The notes: a model not told the origin generated them from the sequence alone. Shown: positions 9,623-18,771, counted from the stretch's first letter. The stretch is 64,000 nucleotides of DNA from Nibricoccus sp. (GCA_047602425.1 JASGHG010000001.1:4896001-4960000), one strand, 5' to 3'. Translations and numbers: made by a program.

Positions 9623-10857
9623 AAGCGATCGCCTACAGCCTCCTTTGTGCCTCGCTTGGACTTAATATCCTATTCGGCTCCGTCATCCTTCGCAGAAATT
9701 CGTCCTCGACTACAACTACCACACAGCACCAATCTTCACCTCAGCCTTTCCGCTTGGAGCCCCCTCCTTCGGCATCCCCAATCTCATCCACACGTCCCCT
9801 CTGGCAGCTCCTCGGCTCCGACGACCTCCCTCAACTCGTTGCAAATCTGCGAGTAGCGGGCCTCCCACCCCGCAAGATCGCATACATCGTTCTACATTTG
9901 CTTCGGGAAAAATACGCAGCACTCCAGGACGAGAATGACGTTGGCAAAGAACCTCCGCCCTACTGGCGCAATTCCGACATCATCTCTGACAATAGTTATA
10001 ACAATCGCCAAAAGCGTGCCCGCCGCGAAGACCTGTGGCAGCAAAATCGCACCGAGGAAGCCCAGCTTCTCGGCGATGATCGTTGGCTCGCGGAGGGAAT
10101 TCCTCTCATCGATCACATCCGCCAGGCCAATGGGAATATTCTTTCCAATAAAAAACTCTCCGCGCTCGCTGAGCTTGAATCCGAATACTCAATATTGACC
10201 CGCCCGCTGGATCTCAACTCCAGCGACCCAGCCACCCGCGAGAAATTAAAACTGCTCGAAAAGGAGTTCAAGAAGGACGTCGCTCTCATCCTGACTCCTG
10301 AGGAAATGCTGGAGCGCGATCTCCGCTACAGCAACGCCGCCGGCCTGCTTCAGAACCGTTGCAACTATTTTGTCGCCACCGAGGCAGAATACCGCGCACT
10401 TTTCCCAATCTACCAGCAAATCGACCAAGCCGCGCCATACTCCGACTGGGACCAGGTCGACGAAAAAACAAAGTCCGCCCGCAAGGAAGCCGAAACCCGC
10501 GCCCAGGCCCAAATCGAGGCGATCCTCGGCCCGGCTCGCTACGCTGAATTCAAGCAAGCCAATGACGAAACGGCACGAAAGGAAAACCAGCTCGTTACCC
10601 GCCTTGGCCTTCCATTGGCATCCGCTGCTCAGCTCGTCTCGATCAAAGCCGATATTTTGTCCCGTGCCGAACAAGTGCGCAAGGACAACGCAAACAATCC
10701 AGCTGAACGCTCCTCCCGCCTTGCCGCACTTCGCACCGAGGCCGAATCCCGGATCTCCGCCACTCTCGGAGCCGCTGGCCTCACCGCCTACCGGGAACAT
10801 GCCGGCGGATGGTTAAAAATTGCGCAAGAATCCGGTCCGAAAAATACTTCTCCATGA
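9619..10857 (+). CDS. Hypothetical exported/membrane-anchored alpha-helical protein, paralog 2
   Basis: ATGA overlap with the upstream gene; SLGLNIL anchor; motifs LRVAGLP, YWR, FVATEAEY, LGPARYAEF. Confidence 0.75.
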   Translation: MKAIAYSLLCASLGLNILFGSVILRRNSSSTTTTTQHQSSPQPFRLEPPPSASPISSTRPLWQLLGSDDLPQLVANLRVAGLPPRKIAYIVLHLLREKYAALQDENDVGKEPPPYWRNSDIISDNSYNNRQKRARREDLWQQNRTEEAQLLGDDRWLAEGIPLIDHIRQANGNILSNKKLSALAELESEYSILTRPLDLNSSDPATREKLKLLEKEFKKDVALILTPEEMLERDLRYSNAAGLLQNRCNYFVATEAEYRALFPIYQQIDQAAPYSDWDQVDEKTKSARKEAETRAQAQIEAILGPARYAEFKQANDETARKENQLVTRLGLPLASAAQLVSIKADILSRAEQVRKDNANNPAERSSRLAALRTEAESRISATLGAAGLTAYREHAGGWLKIAQESGPKNTSP

Positions 10858-12233
10858 TCGACGAACTCAAACGCCTGCTGGGCGAAAAAAACGTCCTCAC
10901 TTCCGCCGAGGATATCATCCCCTACGGCTTCGATGGCACCGCGACGTTGAAACAGCGTCCCCTCGCCGTCGTTTTTCCCGCCAACACCGCCGAAGTTGTC
11001 GCCGTCGTCAAACTCGCCCGTTCACACAAAACGCCCATCGTTACGCGCGGCAACGGCACTGGCCTCAGCGGCGGCAGCGTGCCTGTCGCCGGCGGCATCG
11101 TTCTTTGCCTCATACGACTGGATAAGGTTATCGAACTCGACCTCGCCAATCTCACGCTCACCGCCGAAGCCGGTGTCGTGACCCAAAAAATCTACGAAAC
11201 CGCCGAGGCCGCGGGACTTTTTTATCCGCCCGATCCCGGCTCGATGAAAATCAGTACGATCGGTGGCAACGTCGCTGAAAACTCCGGCGGCCTGCGCGGC
11301 CTGAAATACGGCGTCACCCGCGACTACGTAATGGGTCTTGAAGTGGTTCTGGCCGACGGTACGGTTTGCTGGCTCGGCAGCAAATGCGTGAAAGACGTCG
11401 CCGGCTACAACCTCCGCGACCTCTTCATCGGCAGCGAAGGCACGCTTGGCATCATCACAAAAGTTCTACTCAAGCTCCTACCCAAACCCGCCGCGCGCCA
11501 GACCCTGCTCGCCACCTTCGCCGCGATGGACACCGCCGCTGCCACCGTCTCCGCTATCATCGCGGCGAAAATCATTCCATGCACGCTGGAGTTTCTCGAC
11601 CGCCGCACGCTCCAATGCGTCGAAGATTTCGCCAAAGTTGGACTTCCACGTGATGCTGAAGCTGTGCTCCTCATTGAGACAGACGGACACCCCGCCGCAG
11701 TCACCGAGGAAGCCGCCAAGATCGAGGAAATCCTCCACACCCACGGTGCCAAGACCGTCGCCCGTGCCGCCAACGCTGAGGAAGCCACGCGCCTCGCCAC
11801 CGCCCGCCGCAGCGCTTTTTCGGCTCTCGCGCGGCTACGCCCTACGACGATCCTCGAAGACATCACCGTGCCGCGCAGCAAACTCGCCGAGATGATCCGT
11901 CTCGTCAGCGAAGTCGCAACCAAGCACAACCTCCAGATCGCCACCTTCGGCCACTTCGGCGACGGAAACCTACACCCCACGATCCTCACCGACGAACGCG
12001 ACACCGCCGAAATGCACCGCGTCGAAGAGGCCTTGAAGGATATCTTCAACCATGCCCTCGCCCTCGGCGGCACCATCACCGGCGAACACGGCGTCGGCCT
12101 CGCGAAAAAAGCGTTCCTCAAGCAACAACTCGGTGACAGCAGCTACGCGTTGCTTCAACAAATCAAACGCACGCTCGATCCGGCGAACCTGCTAAATCCT
12201 GGGAAGATTTTAACCACAGATCACACGGATTAA
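10854..12233 (+). CDS. glcD: FAD-linked oxidase, glycolate oxidase subunit GlcD-like
   Basis: RGNGTGLSGG, YPPDPGS, TIGGNVAENSGG, KYGVTRDYV, GSEGTLG, GHFGDGNLHP, TGEHGVG, LNPGK; ATGA overlap at 10854. Confidence 0.9.
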   Translation: MIDELKRLLGEKNVLTSAEDIIPYGFDGTATLKQRPLAVVFPANTAEVVAVVKLARSHKTPIVTRGNGTGLSGGSVPVAGGIVLCLIRLDKVIELDLANLTLTAEAGVVTQKIYETAEAAGLFYPPDPGSMKISTIGGNVAENSGGLRGLKYGVTRDYVMGLEVVLADGTVCWLGSKCVKDVAGYNLRDLFIGSEGTLGIITKVLLKLLPKPAARQTLLATFAAMDTAAATVSAIIAAKIIPCTLEFLDRRTLQCVEDFAKVGLPRDAEAVLLIETDGHPAAVTEEAAKIEEILHTHGAKTVARAANAEEATRLATARRSAFSALARLRPTTILEDITVPRSKLAEMIRLVSEVATKHNLQIATFGHFGDGNLHPTILTDERDTAEMHRVEEALKDIFNHALALGGTITGEHGVGLAKKAFLKQQLGDSSYALLQQIKRTLDPANLLNPGKILTTDHTD

Positions 12234-12399
12234 CACGGATAAATCCTCATACTTCCTTGGCTGAAACTCTCTTCATAAAACAACTCTGCCGAATACAAGA
12301 ACCTCCTTCCAACAGCCGGATCTTCGTTTCCTTCGTTACCTTCTGTAAAATGGTTTCAGGTTCCGAATCCGTGCCCATCCGTAAAATCCGTGGTTAAAA
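12208..12399. repeat. Inverted-repeat element (AACCACAGAT/CACGGAT units) spanning the glcD-glcF junction, with a nested 9-mer-period run at 12321-12350
   Basis: Left arm ttttaaccacagatcacacggattaacacggat (12208-12240) and right arm atccgtgcccatccgtaaaatccgtggttaaaa (12367-12399) match at 26 of 33 positions. Confidence 0.85.
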
Positions 12400-13796
12400 A
12401 TTCTCTTCAGACACTCGATTATTCAGTGCTTCAGCAATGCATGCACTGCGGCATGTGTCTGCCCAGTTGCCCGACCTTTGCCGAGACCGGACGCGACCGA
12501 AATTCCCCGCGCGGTCGCATCGCCCTTATGCGCGCCGTGGCGGACGGCGAACTGCCTTTCAGCCGCAATTTCGCAGAAGAGATGAGCTACTGCCTTGGTT
12601 GCCTCGCGTGCACCACAGCCTGCCCTGCCGGTGTCGACTACGCTCATCTGCTGGAGACCGCCCGTTCCGAAGCCGAACAACGCGGCCTGCTCCAAACTCC
12701 GACACGCCGCTTCATCCGCTGGTTCACGATGCGTTTCCTGTTTGTGCACCCGCGCGCCATGCGCACCGTCGGCCGTCTGCTTTGGTTGTACCAAACTCTC
12801 GGGCTGCAAACGCTGGCACGCAGGCTGAAACTCACCGCATTGCTCCCACGCCGAATCCGCGAACTCGAACCTGCCACGCCAGAAATTCGCCCTCCGTTTT
12901 CTGACGCGCTCATCGCCAAAGTCGAACCTTCCCGTAGAGCTAAACGTTATCGCGTCGCCCTGCTCACTGGCTGTGTATCCGACTTGATCCTGGCCGAAGT
13001 CAACCGTGCCACCGTCGACGTGCTGATCGAAAACGGCTGCGAGGTCTTCACACCACGCAACCAACACTGCTGCGGCTCGCTCCACGAGCATAACGGTGAC
13101 CTCGGCACCGCCCGCCGCCTCGCCCGCATTCAGCTCGACACAATTGATCCATTTTCCGTTGACGCGATCATCAGCAACGCCGGCGGCTGCGGCTCGCATC
13201 TCAAGCATTACGACCGGCTCCTCGCCGACGATCCGGCTTACGCCGCTCGCGCCCTTGAGTGGACACGCAAGACCCGCGATATCTCGGAATGGCTCGTCGA
13301 AATTGGCTTCCGGAAACCGTCAGAAGAACGCTCCACACTCAACATTCAACGCTCAACGCTCAATGAGACGAGCGGCTCCCCCTTGAGCGTTCAGCGTTCA
13401 ACGTTAAACATTGAACGTTCCGCGCCGAAGGCGCGGCCGCTTCTCACTTATCACGAGTCCTGCCATCTCGCTCACGGACAGAAAATCTCCTCCGCTCCCC
13501 GCGCCATCTTGCGTTCGCTTCCCGACTACGAGTTTCGCGAACTCGCCGAAGCCACGTGGTGCTGCGGCAGCGCCGGGATCTATAACATCACGCAACCGGC
13601 AACCGCCACGTGGCTCCAGCAACGCAAAGTCGGCCACCTCCGCGCGACGAATGCAACGGTCGTTGCCATCGCCAACCCAGGCTGCCACCTGCAAATCTTG
13701 AACGGCCTCCGCGCCGCCGGCCTAGACGCTGTCCGCGTGGTACATCCCATCGTGCTCCTCGCAGAAGCCTACAAAGATAAAGCGCCTCTCGACTAA
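12390..13796 (+). CDS. glcF: Glycolate oxidase iron-sulfur subunit GlcF-like (two 4Fe-4S motifs plus two CCG domains)
   Basis: CMHCGMCLPSCP, SPRGRI, CLGCLACTTACP, HCCGS, YHESCHL, WCCGSAG, NPGC. Confidence 0.9.
   Translation: MVKNSLQTLDYSVLQQCMHCGMCLPSCPTFAETGRDRNSPRGRIALMRAVADGELPFSRNFAEEMSYCLGCLACTTACPAGVDYAHLLETARSEAEQRGLLQTPTRRFIRWFTMRFLFVHPRAMRTVGRLLWLYQTLGLQTLARRLKLTALLPRRIRELEPATPEIRPPFSDALIAKVEPSRRAKRYRVALLTGCVSDLILAEVNRATVDVLIENGCEVFTPRNQHCCGSLHEHNGDLGTARRLARIQLDTIDPFSVDAIISNAGGCGSHLKHYDRLLADDPAYAARALEWTRKTRDISEWLVEIGFRKPSEERSTLNIQRSTLNETSGSPLSVQRSTLNIERSAPKARPLLTYHESCHLAHGQKISSAPRAILRSLPDYEFRELAEATWCCGSAGIYNITQPATATWLQQRKVGHLRATNATVVAIANPGCHLQILNGLRAAGLDAVRVVHPIVLLAEAYKDKAPLD
13326..13420. 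repeat. Heptamer-based palindromic element inside the glcF reading frame
   Basis: Left arm gaacgct-ccacact-caacatt-caacgct-caacgct-caa, 19-nt loop, right arm ttgagcg-ttcagcg-ttcaacg-ttaaaca-ttgaacg-ttc; translates as ERSTLNIQRSTLNETSGSPLSVQRSTLNIERS. Confidence 0.85.
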
Positions 13797-13854
13797 TCTC
13801 ACGTCTACGTATCTTCAGCACATTCCAATAAATACGTCTGAAACGTATTTAAGG

Positions 13855-13883
13855 TGTAAACAGATTGAGGCGTCTCCGCGTTT
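13855..13883 (+). promoter_or_regulatory. Candidate ECF-sigma promoter
   Basis: TGTAAAC-17 nt-CGTTT about 30 nt upstream of the ECF sigma gene; fits the general AAC...CGT ECF pattern. Confidence 0.45.
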
Positions 13884-13915
13884 CCCTGCTAGCAATCCGC
13901 TTTACCTAATGCCCT

Positions 13916-14467
13916 ATGCCGCCGGATGACTTTTCACGATGGATCGCACCCGTCCAATCACGCATGATCAATTGCACCTGGAGGATCGTACGCTGTGCGG
14001 CCGATACAGACGACGTCATTCAGGAAGTATTACTACATGTTTTCCGGCGATTCGACGAAGTGCGCGCCCATCCGAATCCCACGGCGCTACTACTTCGCAT
14101 TTGCACTCAAAAATCGCTCGATCATTTGCGTCGCGGAAAAGCGCGTGGCGGACCGCCTGGTACACTCTCGCCCAATATTTCGGAAAAAACACCTTCGCCT
14201 CATCAGCAACTGGCCAATGCAGAGCTTCGCGATCAACTTATCGCGTTTATCGGTCAATTGCCGCCGCGCGAAGCCGAAGCCATCACCTTATTTGCCCTCG
14301 AGGATCTCGGGTATCCAGACGTGGCGGAAGCAATGAATTGCAGCGAGCCGACAGTGCGGGTTCTCGTCAGCCGTGCGCGCGAAAGATTCCGCACGGAGTT
14401 TAAAAACAAGCGTTCAATCACGAGCGAGCGCGATCTGACCTCTCCGTTAAAATTTCAAAAGGATTGA
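13916..14467 (+). CDS. ECF RNA polymerase sigma-70 factor
   Basis: Region 2 (DTDDVIQEVLL...QKSLDHLRR) and region 4 (LPPREAEAITL...YPDVAEAMNCSEPTVRVLVSRARERF). Confidence 0.92.
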   Translation: MPPDDFSRWIAPVQSRMINCTWRIVRCAADTDDVIQEVLLHVFRRFDEVRAHPNPTALLLRICTQKSLDHLRRGKARGGPPGTLSPNISEKTPSPHQQLANAELRDQLIAFIGQLPPREAEAITLFALEDLGYPDVAEAMNCSEPTVRVLVSRARERFRTEFKNKRSITSERDLTSPLKFQKD

Positions 14468-14470
14468 GCT

Positions 14471-16324
14471 ATGGACAACGATGATCTCGACAACCATTTA
14501 AAGGCCCATCTCCGCGACGATGCCCCATCTGAAGTGCATGTCCAGGCCTCATTGCACTTTGGTGACTTTGCCGCGTCATTGTCAAAACAACGCGCCACCG
14601 CCAAAAATCCGCGCGGCCCCCTCCTTTGGTTTTGGGCCGGGGCGGGATTGTCCGGCGGCATCGCTCTCGTCGCTTTAGCCGTCGCTTTACTTTTCTCGCC
14701 AGCACCATCCTGGGCGCAGGTCGCCGAACGTTTCCGCAGTCTGAAGTTTTTTAACGCAACCGTCTTCTACACGGAAAATAGCGGCCAAGCACCGGAAAAA
14801 ATCGATCTTTGGGTTGCGCAGGATCGACGTATGCGGGCTCATTATAGGGGCCTTATTTTCTTCGGCGCCGAAGGCCGTTTGACCAAGGTTATCTCCGCCG
14901 AGAAAGGCCTGGAAATCCCGCTCGACGAATTGCAGTACCAACTGCGTGGCCGCGATGGCATGCCTGCCCTTCCCTTGGTGCGTGGCATCGCTCGTTTTAG
15001 CGAAGAGCCTAACTTTTCAATCGATAAGCTGCTTGGCTTGCTCAGTGGCAAACGCGAACAACTTCAGCCCACACCCAATACCGACGCAGTCACAAGCAAC
15101 GACCTGCAGGTTTTCGATTTCACCGACAAAAACAATCCCGAATGGGTGCGCTTGTGGGCGCTCAAAAAAAGCGAACTTCCCGTTCGCCTGCGCATCTGGG
15201 ATCCATGCGACGGAGGTCAAACTGATCTCGTCTTCGACTATGCCACCCAAATGCCCGAGGTCGCCTTCGCACCCGAGCGCGTGCAGATGGCTTTGCAGGA
15301 AAAACAAGGCGCGACCAATCGTCTTTATGCCATGTTGCCCGATTCCGGCGGCCAGCCGATTACCCCTGAACACTTGTTCGCTATTCGCGGTTACCACCTG
15401 CCAGAAATTGACACAGTTGGACGCACGCCGGAAGGGGTGGTCTGGGTGCTAAGTCGCAATGTCGAGAATCGCCGTCCGGATGGTGAACGTATCTACGGCT
15501 GGAACCAACTGAATGATAATCTTGGGCAAACCTACACCCACCGTGTCATCGGCTGGCTGACCGAAAATAACACACTGCTGGAATATTTTGTACCAGAAAA
15601 TCTGGATTCGAGTTTTCATTTGCCCGCCAGCTACACCCTCATCTGCCAAGACTCCCCATCCAGTTCCTCCTCGATCGATCAAATATCCGCCAAAATAATC
15701 GGTTCGGTCGCCGTCGGCGCCTGGCAGGAAACCGCTTTCATTCCCGATTTGGTTCGTGCGAAACAAAATGAAATCGACGGCCGCACCAACTGGCAATTGA
15801 TGGCCATGGATGACGCCGCCGGAAAACAGGATTGGAAAAAGTTCGAGGAGATTGCTACGTCGATTCCCGGCAATCCTGAAACCGATCTCGTCGCATTGAC
15901 ACGCGACGTTAAGCGGGCGCACAAACTTTTCTATACCCGCGAGCAAAAGGCCATGGCTGCACTTTGTGCCCGTCTGTACCCACTGGTTTCTGCCGGCGTA
16001 AAACAAGGCCAACCCTATTATAGCAATATCGTGCGGTGGCACGTCGCCAGTCTTCTACGCGAGGGACAACGCGTCGAGGCCCGCGTATTGGCTAATCGTC
16101 ACGCCACCGAAGCGCTCGCACGCAGTAGGATCGAAGGCCCCCAATTCGTCGTCAATTTGATGTTCGATCTTCGACTTGCTGGCCTTTCCGAGGCTGAAAC
16201 GGAGTCCTTTTTCGACCGCACCATTATCAGTCAACAATCGGTCCGCCGTCAGTTGGACAAAACGAGAATTTTTCTCGACCCCACTGCAGAGTTACCCACA
16301 GGCAGACCCTCCGTCGCACTTTAA
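14471..16324 (+). CDS. Putative membrane-spanning anti-sigma factor with large extracytoplasmic domain
   Basis: Starts 3 nt after the ECF gene; short cytoplasmic N-terminus, one TM helix (LLWFWAGAGLSGGIALVALAVALLF), then a long domain; function inferred from position. Confidence 0.6.
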   Translation: MDNDDLDNHLKAHLRDDAPSEVHVQASLHFGDFAASLSKQRATAKNPRGPLLWFWAGAGLSGGIALVALAVALLFSPAPSWAQVAERFRSLKFFNATVFYTENSGQAPEKIDLWVAQDRRMRAHYRGLIFFGAEGRLTKVISAEKGLEIPLDELQYQLRGRDGMPALPLVRGIARFSEEPNFSIDKLLGLLSGKREQLQPTPNTDAVTSNDLQVFDFTDKNNPEWVRLWALKKSELPVRLRIWDPCDGGQTDLVFDYATQMPEVAFAPERVQMALQEKQGATNRLYAMLPDSGGQPITPEHLFAIRGYHLPEIDTVGRTPEGVVWVLSRNVENRRPDGERIYGWNQLNDNLGQTYTHRVIGWLTENNTLLEYFVPENLDSSFHLPASYTLICQDSPSSSSSIDQISAKIIGSVAVGAWQETAFIPDLVRAKQNEIDGRTNWQLMAMDDAAGKQDWKKFEEIATSIPGNPETDLVALTRDVKRAHKLFYTREQKAMAALCARLYPLVSAGVKQGQPYYSNIVRWHVASLLREGQRVEARVLANRHATEALARSRIEGPQFVVNLMFDLRLAGLSEAETESFFDRTIISQQSVRRQLDKTRIFLDPTAELPTGRPSVAL

Positions 16325-16336
16325 ATTCTCAACGCC

Positions 16337-18745
16337 ATGAAAAGAATATGTACCTTATTTCTGGTTATAGTCGCTGGCTTACGAAATCCATGTGCTAGGG
16401 CGGTTGATAATACATCGCCGCCAGCCTCGGGAAACACAAAAATCACCGAGCGGTTCCTCGATATCTTCCAGCCCTTCCGGACTACAACTGCCGCACTTTC
16501 CCCCGACGGTAAATGTCTGGCTTACTCCGTGCGTGAAGGAGAAAAAACCTGGGTTGTCACGGTCGATCTGGCAAATCCGAGCGTGCTAAAAGGGGCGGTG
16601 GTTGTCGGTACGGACGATGCCGCCAATGCCATGTTTTCCGAAAACGATGAAAAGATACCGCTTTTAGTTCTGTGGTTGGGTTGGGTCACATCCAACCGCC
16701 TCGTGATCATGACGAACCAGGCCGCTATTTACACGCAGGCTGCACTTTGGCGTACACTCGAGGCCCCTGAACCATCCTCACTTTCCGATACAGACTGGCT
16801 GAACACTCAGTTTGCGCAGGATAGGCTCGCCAGACTGGACTCTGCCGCGGGATGGACGAGCACATCAGGCACGATCTTTTCCATGGACGCCGATGGAAAA
16901 AATGGCCGCATGTTGCTCAACGGCTACTCCTTGAGCCTCGAGATTCCCAATGCCGATCCTTTTTTCGGCCGATCCACCCCCACGGAACAACCATATGCCA
17001 TGCCACAAGCTCCGATGGGGCTGGCGCACGTTGTCGCACCCAACATTTTCGACTATAGCTCCGACAATCCGGAATGCCTGATCATCCGGGCTCAAGTGAA
17101 TGGTCGAGGAAATTATTTCTGCGAACTCAATGCTATATCCGGCAAAGTCGAGCTGCTAAATAACGACTATGCCAGCAGGGGGTACCTCCCGCTATACGAT
17201 CGACAGAGACATTTACGGATCGGGCTGGAGGCCGAACCCTCGTCCTATCCGATATCGTATTTGTTGCATAAGGAAGGGTTCACCTTGGGTCATTGGAAAA
17301 AGCTCGATGACGCGGTGCAAGTTCCGGGTAAGACTCGCTTTTCACTTTCACCAGAAAACTTCTTCACAGAACGGTCATTCCCCCTTGGTTTCGACGAGAA
17401 TGCATCGATTCTTTTTTATGCCTCCAATGTCGGCCGCGATACCTATGGAATATTCGGCTATGATTTAAAAACCAACCAGCCAACTGACTTCGCCATTGAA
17501 AGCCCAGGAATCGATCTCGTGGCGGCGCCTTCTTCCAACTATGCAAACGCCAATCTTGTTTTCGACCGCTTCTCACGCAGCCTTGTAGGTGTTCGGTACC
17601 TGGATACCTCTCGGCAAACCGCCATTTGGATAAAGCCTGAGCTGACAAGGGCACAAAAAGCCCTGGAGGCTCGCTTCCCCTTGCACAATGTCGAAATCGT
17701 CGAATGGGACAAAACTTTCAGCGAGATTCTTGCGCTTATACACAATGCAGCGGATGCCGGCTCATTCATTATTTATAACCCTGAAAAAAATTCCGCCGTC
17801 GATCTCGTCCGGCGCAGCCCGCTCATGGAAACACGCCCGACGCACCGGGTGATGCCCTTTTCACTCAACGCTCCCGAGGGCAATAAAATCAATGGCTTGT
17901 TGACCTTTCCTGTCAGCGGACGTTTCGACAAGGTTCCGATCGTCGTGCGTTGCCCCATTCAGCCATGGCTGCGGACTTCGCTGACGTTTCAGCCCGAAAC
18001 AATCGCGCTTGCCGACATGGGATTTGCCGTCCTTCAAATTGACAGTCGCGGCGCCTGGGGTTTTGGCGTTAAGCGACGTGAGTCGATTAAAGATGGTTAT
18101 GAAAAAACAATTGTTGCTGACGCAGTCTACGCCATCGAGAACCTCTCCAAAACCTATCGCATCAATCCTCAGCGTGTTGCCTTGCTTGGCGAAGGTTATG
18201 GCGGTTATGTTGCTCTGCGCGCACTGCAGCTGGAACCAGACCGTTTCCGTTGCGCAGTCACCATCAATGCCCCGCTCGACCTATATTCATGGATTGAAAA
18301 TGACCGATGGACACGCCGCTCAAAGGCGGTCTATCTCACCCGCGCCTATTACGGCCCCAGGGACTTGTTGAAGGAATCTGCACTCGACCGTCATCCCGAA
18401 AAAATCACCAAACCTGTCTGCCTGCTCGCTTGGCCTGGGCCGGAGGGCGCGCCTCGCACGCCGACTTACCTTGAGACACGTCAGTTTGCCTATGCACTTC
18501 GCAGGCAAGGCACGCCCGTCGAACTCAACGAACTCGACAAACGTTTCACGGGCAGCGTCGACAATATAGAAGGCGCCCCAAGTGCCAAATCAACGATGCT
18601 TGAGCTAGACCGCGAATTCACTCAACGCCTGCCGCATGCCCAAGCTGCTGCGTATCGACATATCGAATACTTCCTCAACGCGTACATCTATGACTATCAG
18701 GTGAAGCTTGGACCGCTCAAAGAACTCCCTGATCCATCAAATTGA
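16337..18745 (+). CDS. S9/prolyl-oligopeptidase-family homolog with degenerate catalytic motifs
   Basis: Signal peptide, ALSPDGK propeller start, LADMGFAVLQIDSRGAWGFG, INPQRVALLGEGYGGY (Ser replaced by Gly), FRCAV. Confidence 0.8.
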   Translation: MKRICTLFLVIVAGLRNPCARAVDNTSPPASGNTKITERFLDIFQPFRTTTAALSPDGKCLAYSVREGEKTWVVTVDLANPSVLKGAVVVGTDDAANAMFSENDEKIPLLVLWLGWVTSNRLVIMTNQAAIYTQAALWRTLEAPEPSSLSDTDWLNTQFAQDRLARLDSAAGWTSTSGTIFSMDADGKNGRMLLNGYSLSLEIPNADPFFGRSTPTEQPYAMPQAPMGLAHVVAPNIFDYSSDNPECLIIRAQVNGRGNYFCELNAISGKVELLNNDYASRGYLPLYDRQRHLRIGLEAEPSSYPISYLLHKEGFTLGHWKKLDDAVQVPGKTRFSLSPENFFTERSFPLGFDENASILFYASNVGRDTYGIFGYDLKTNQPTDFAIESPGIDLVAAPSSNYANANLVFDRFSRSLVGVRYLDTSRQTAIWIKPELTRAQKALEARFPLHNVEIVEWDKTFSEILALIHNAADAGSFIIYNPEKNSAVDLVRRSPLMETRPTHRVMPFSLNAPEGNKINGLLTFPVSGRFDKVPIVVRCPIQPWLRTSLTFQPETIALADMGFAVLQIDSRGAWGFGVKRRESIKDGYEKTIVADAVYAIENLSKTYRINPQRVALLGEGYGGYVALRALQLEPDRFRCAVTINAPLDLYSWIENDRWTRRSKAVYLTRAYYGPRDLLKESALDRHPEKITKPVCLLAWPGPEGAPRTPTYLETRQFAYALRRQGTPVELNELDKRFTGSVDNIEGAPSAKSTMLELDREFTQRLPHAQAAAYRHIEYFLNAYIYDYQVKLGPLKELPDPSN

Positions 18746-18771
18746 CGCGGACGTCTGCTAGATAAAACCAG

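Noticed and set aside
6081..13420. CRISPR array interpretation of the short repeats
   Set aside because: Units are 7-9 nt, degenerate and arranged as inverted arms without unique spacers; no cas genes in the window
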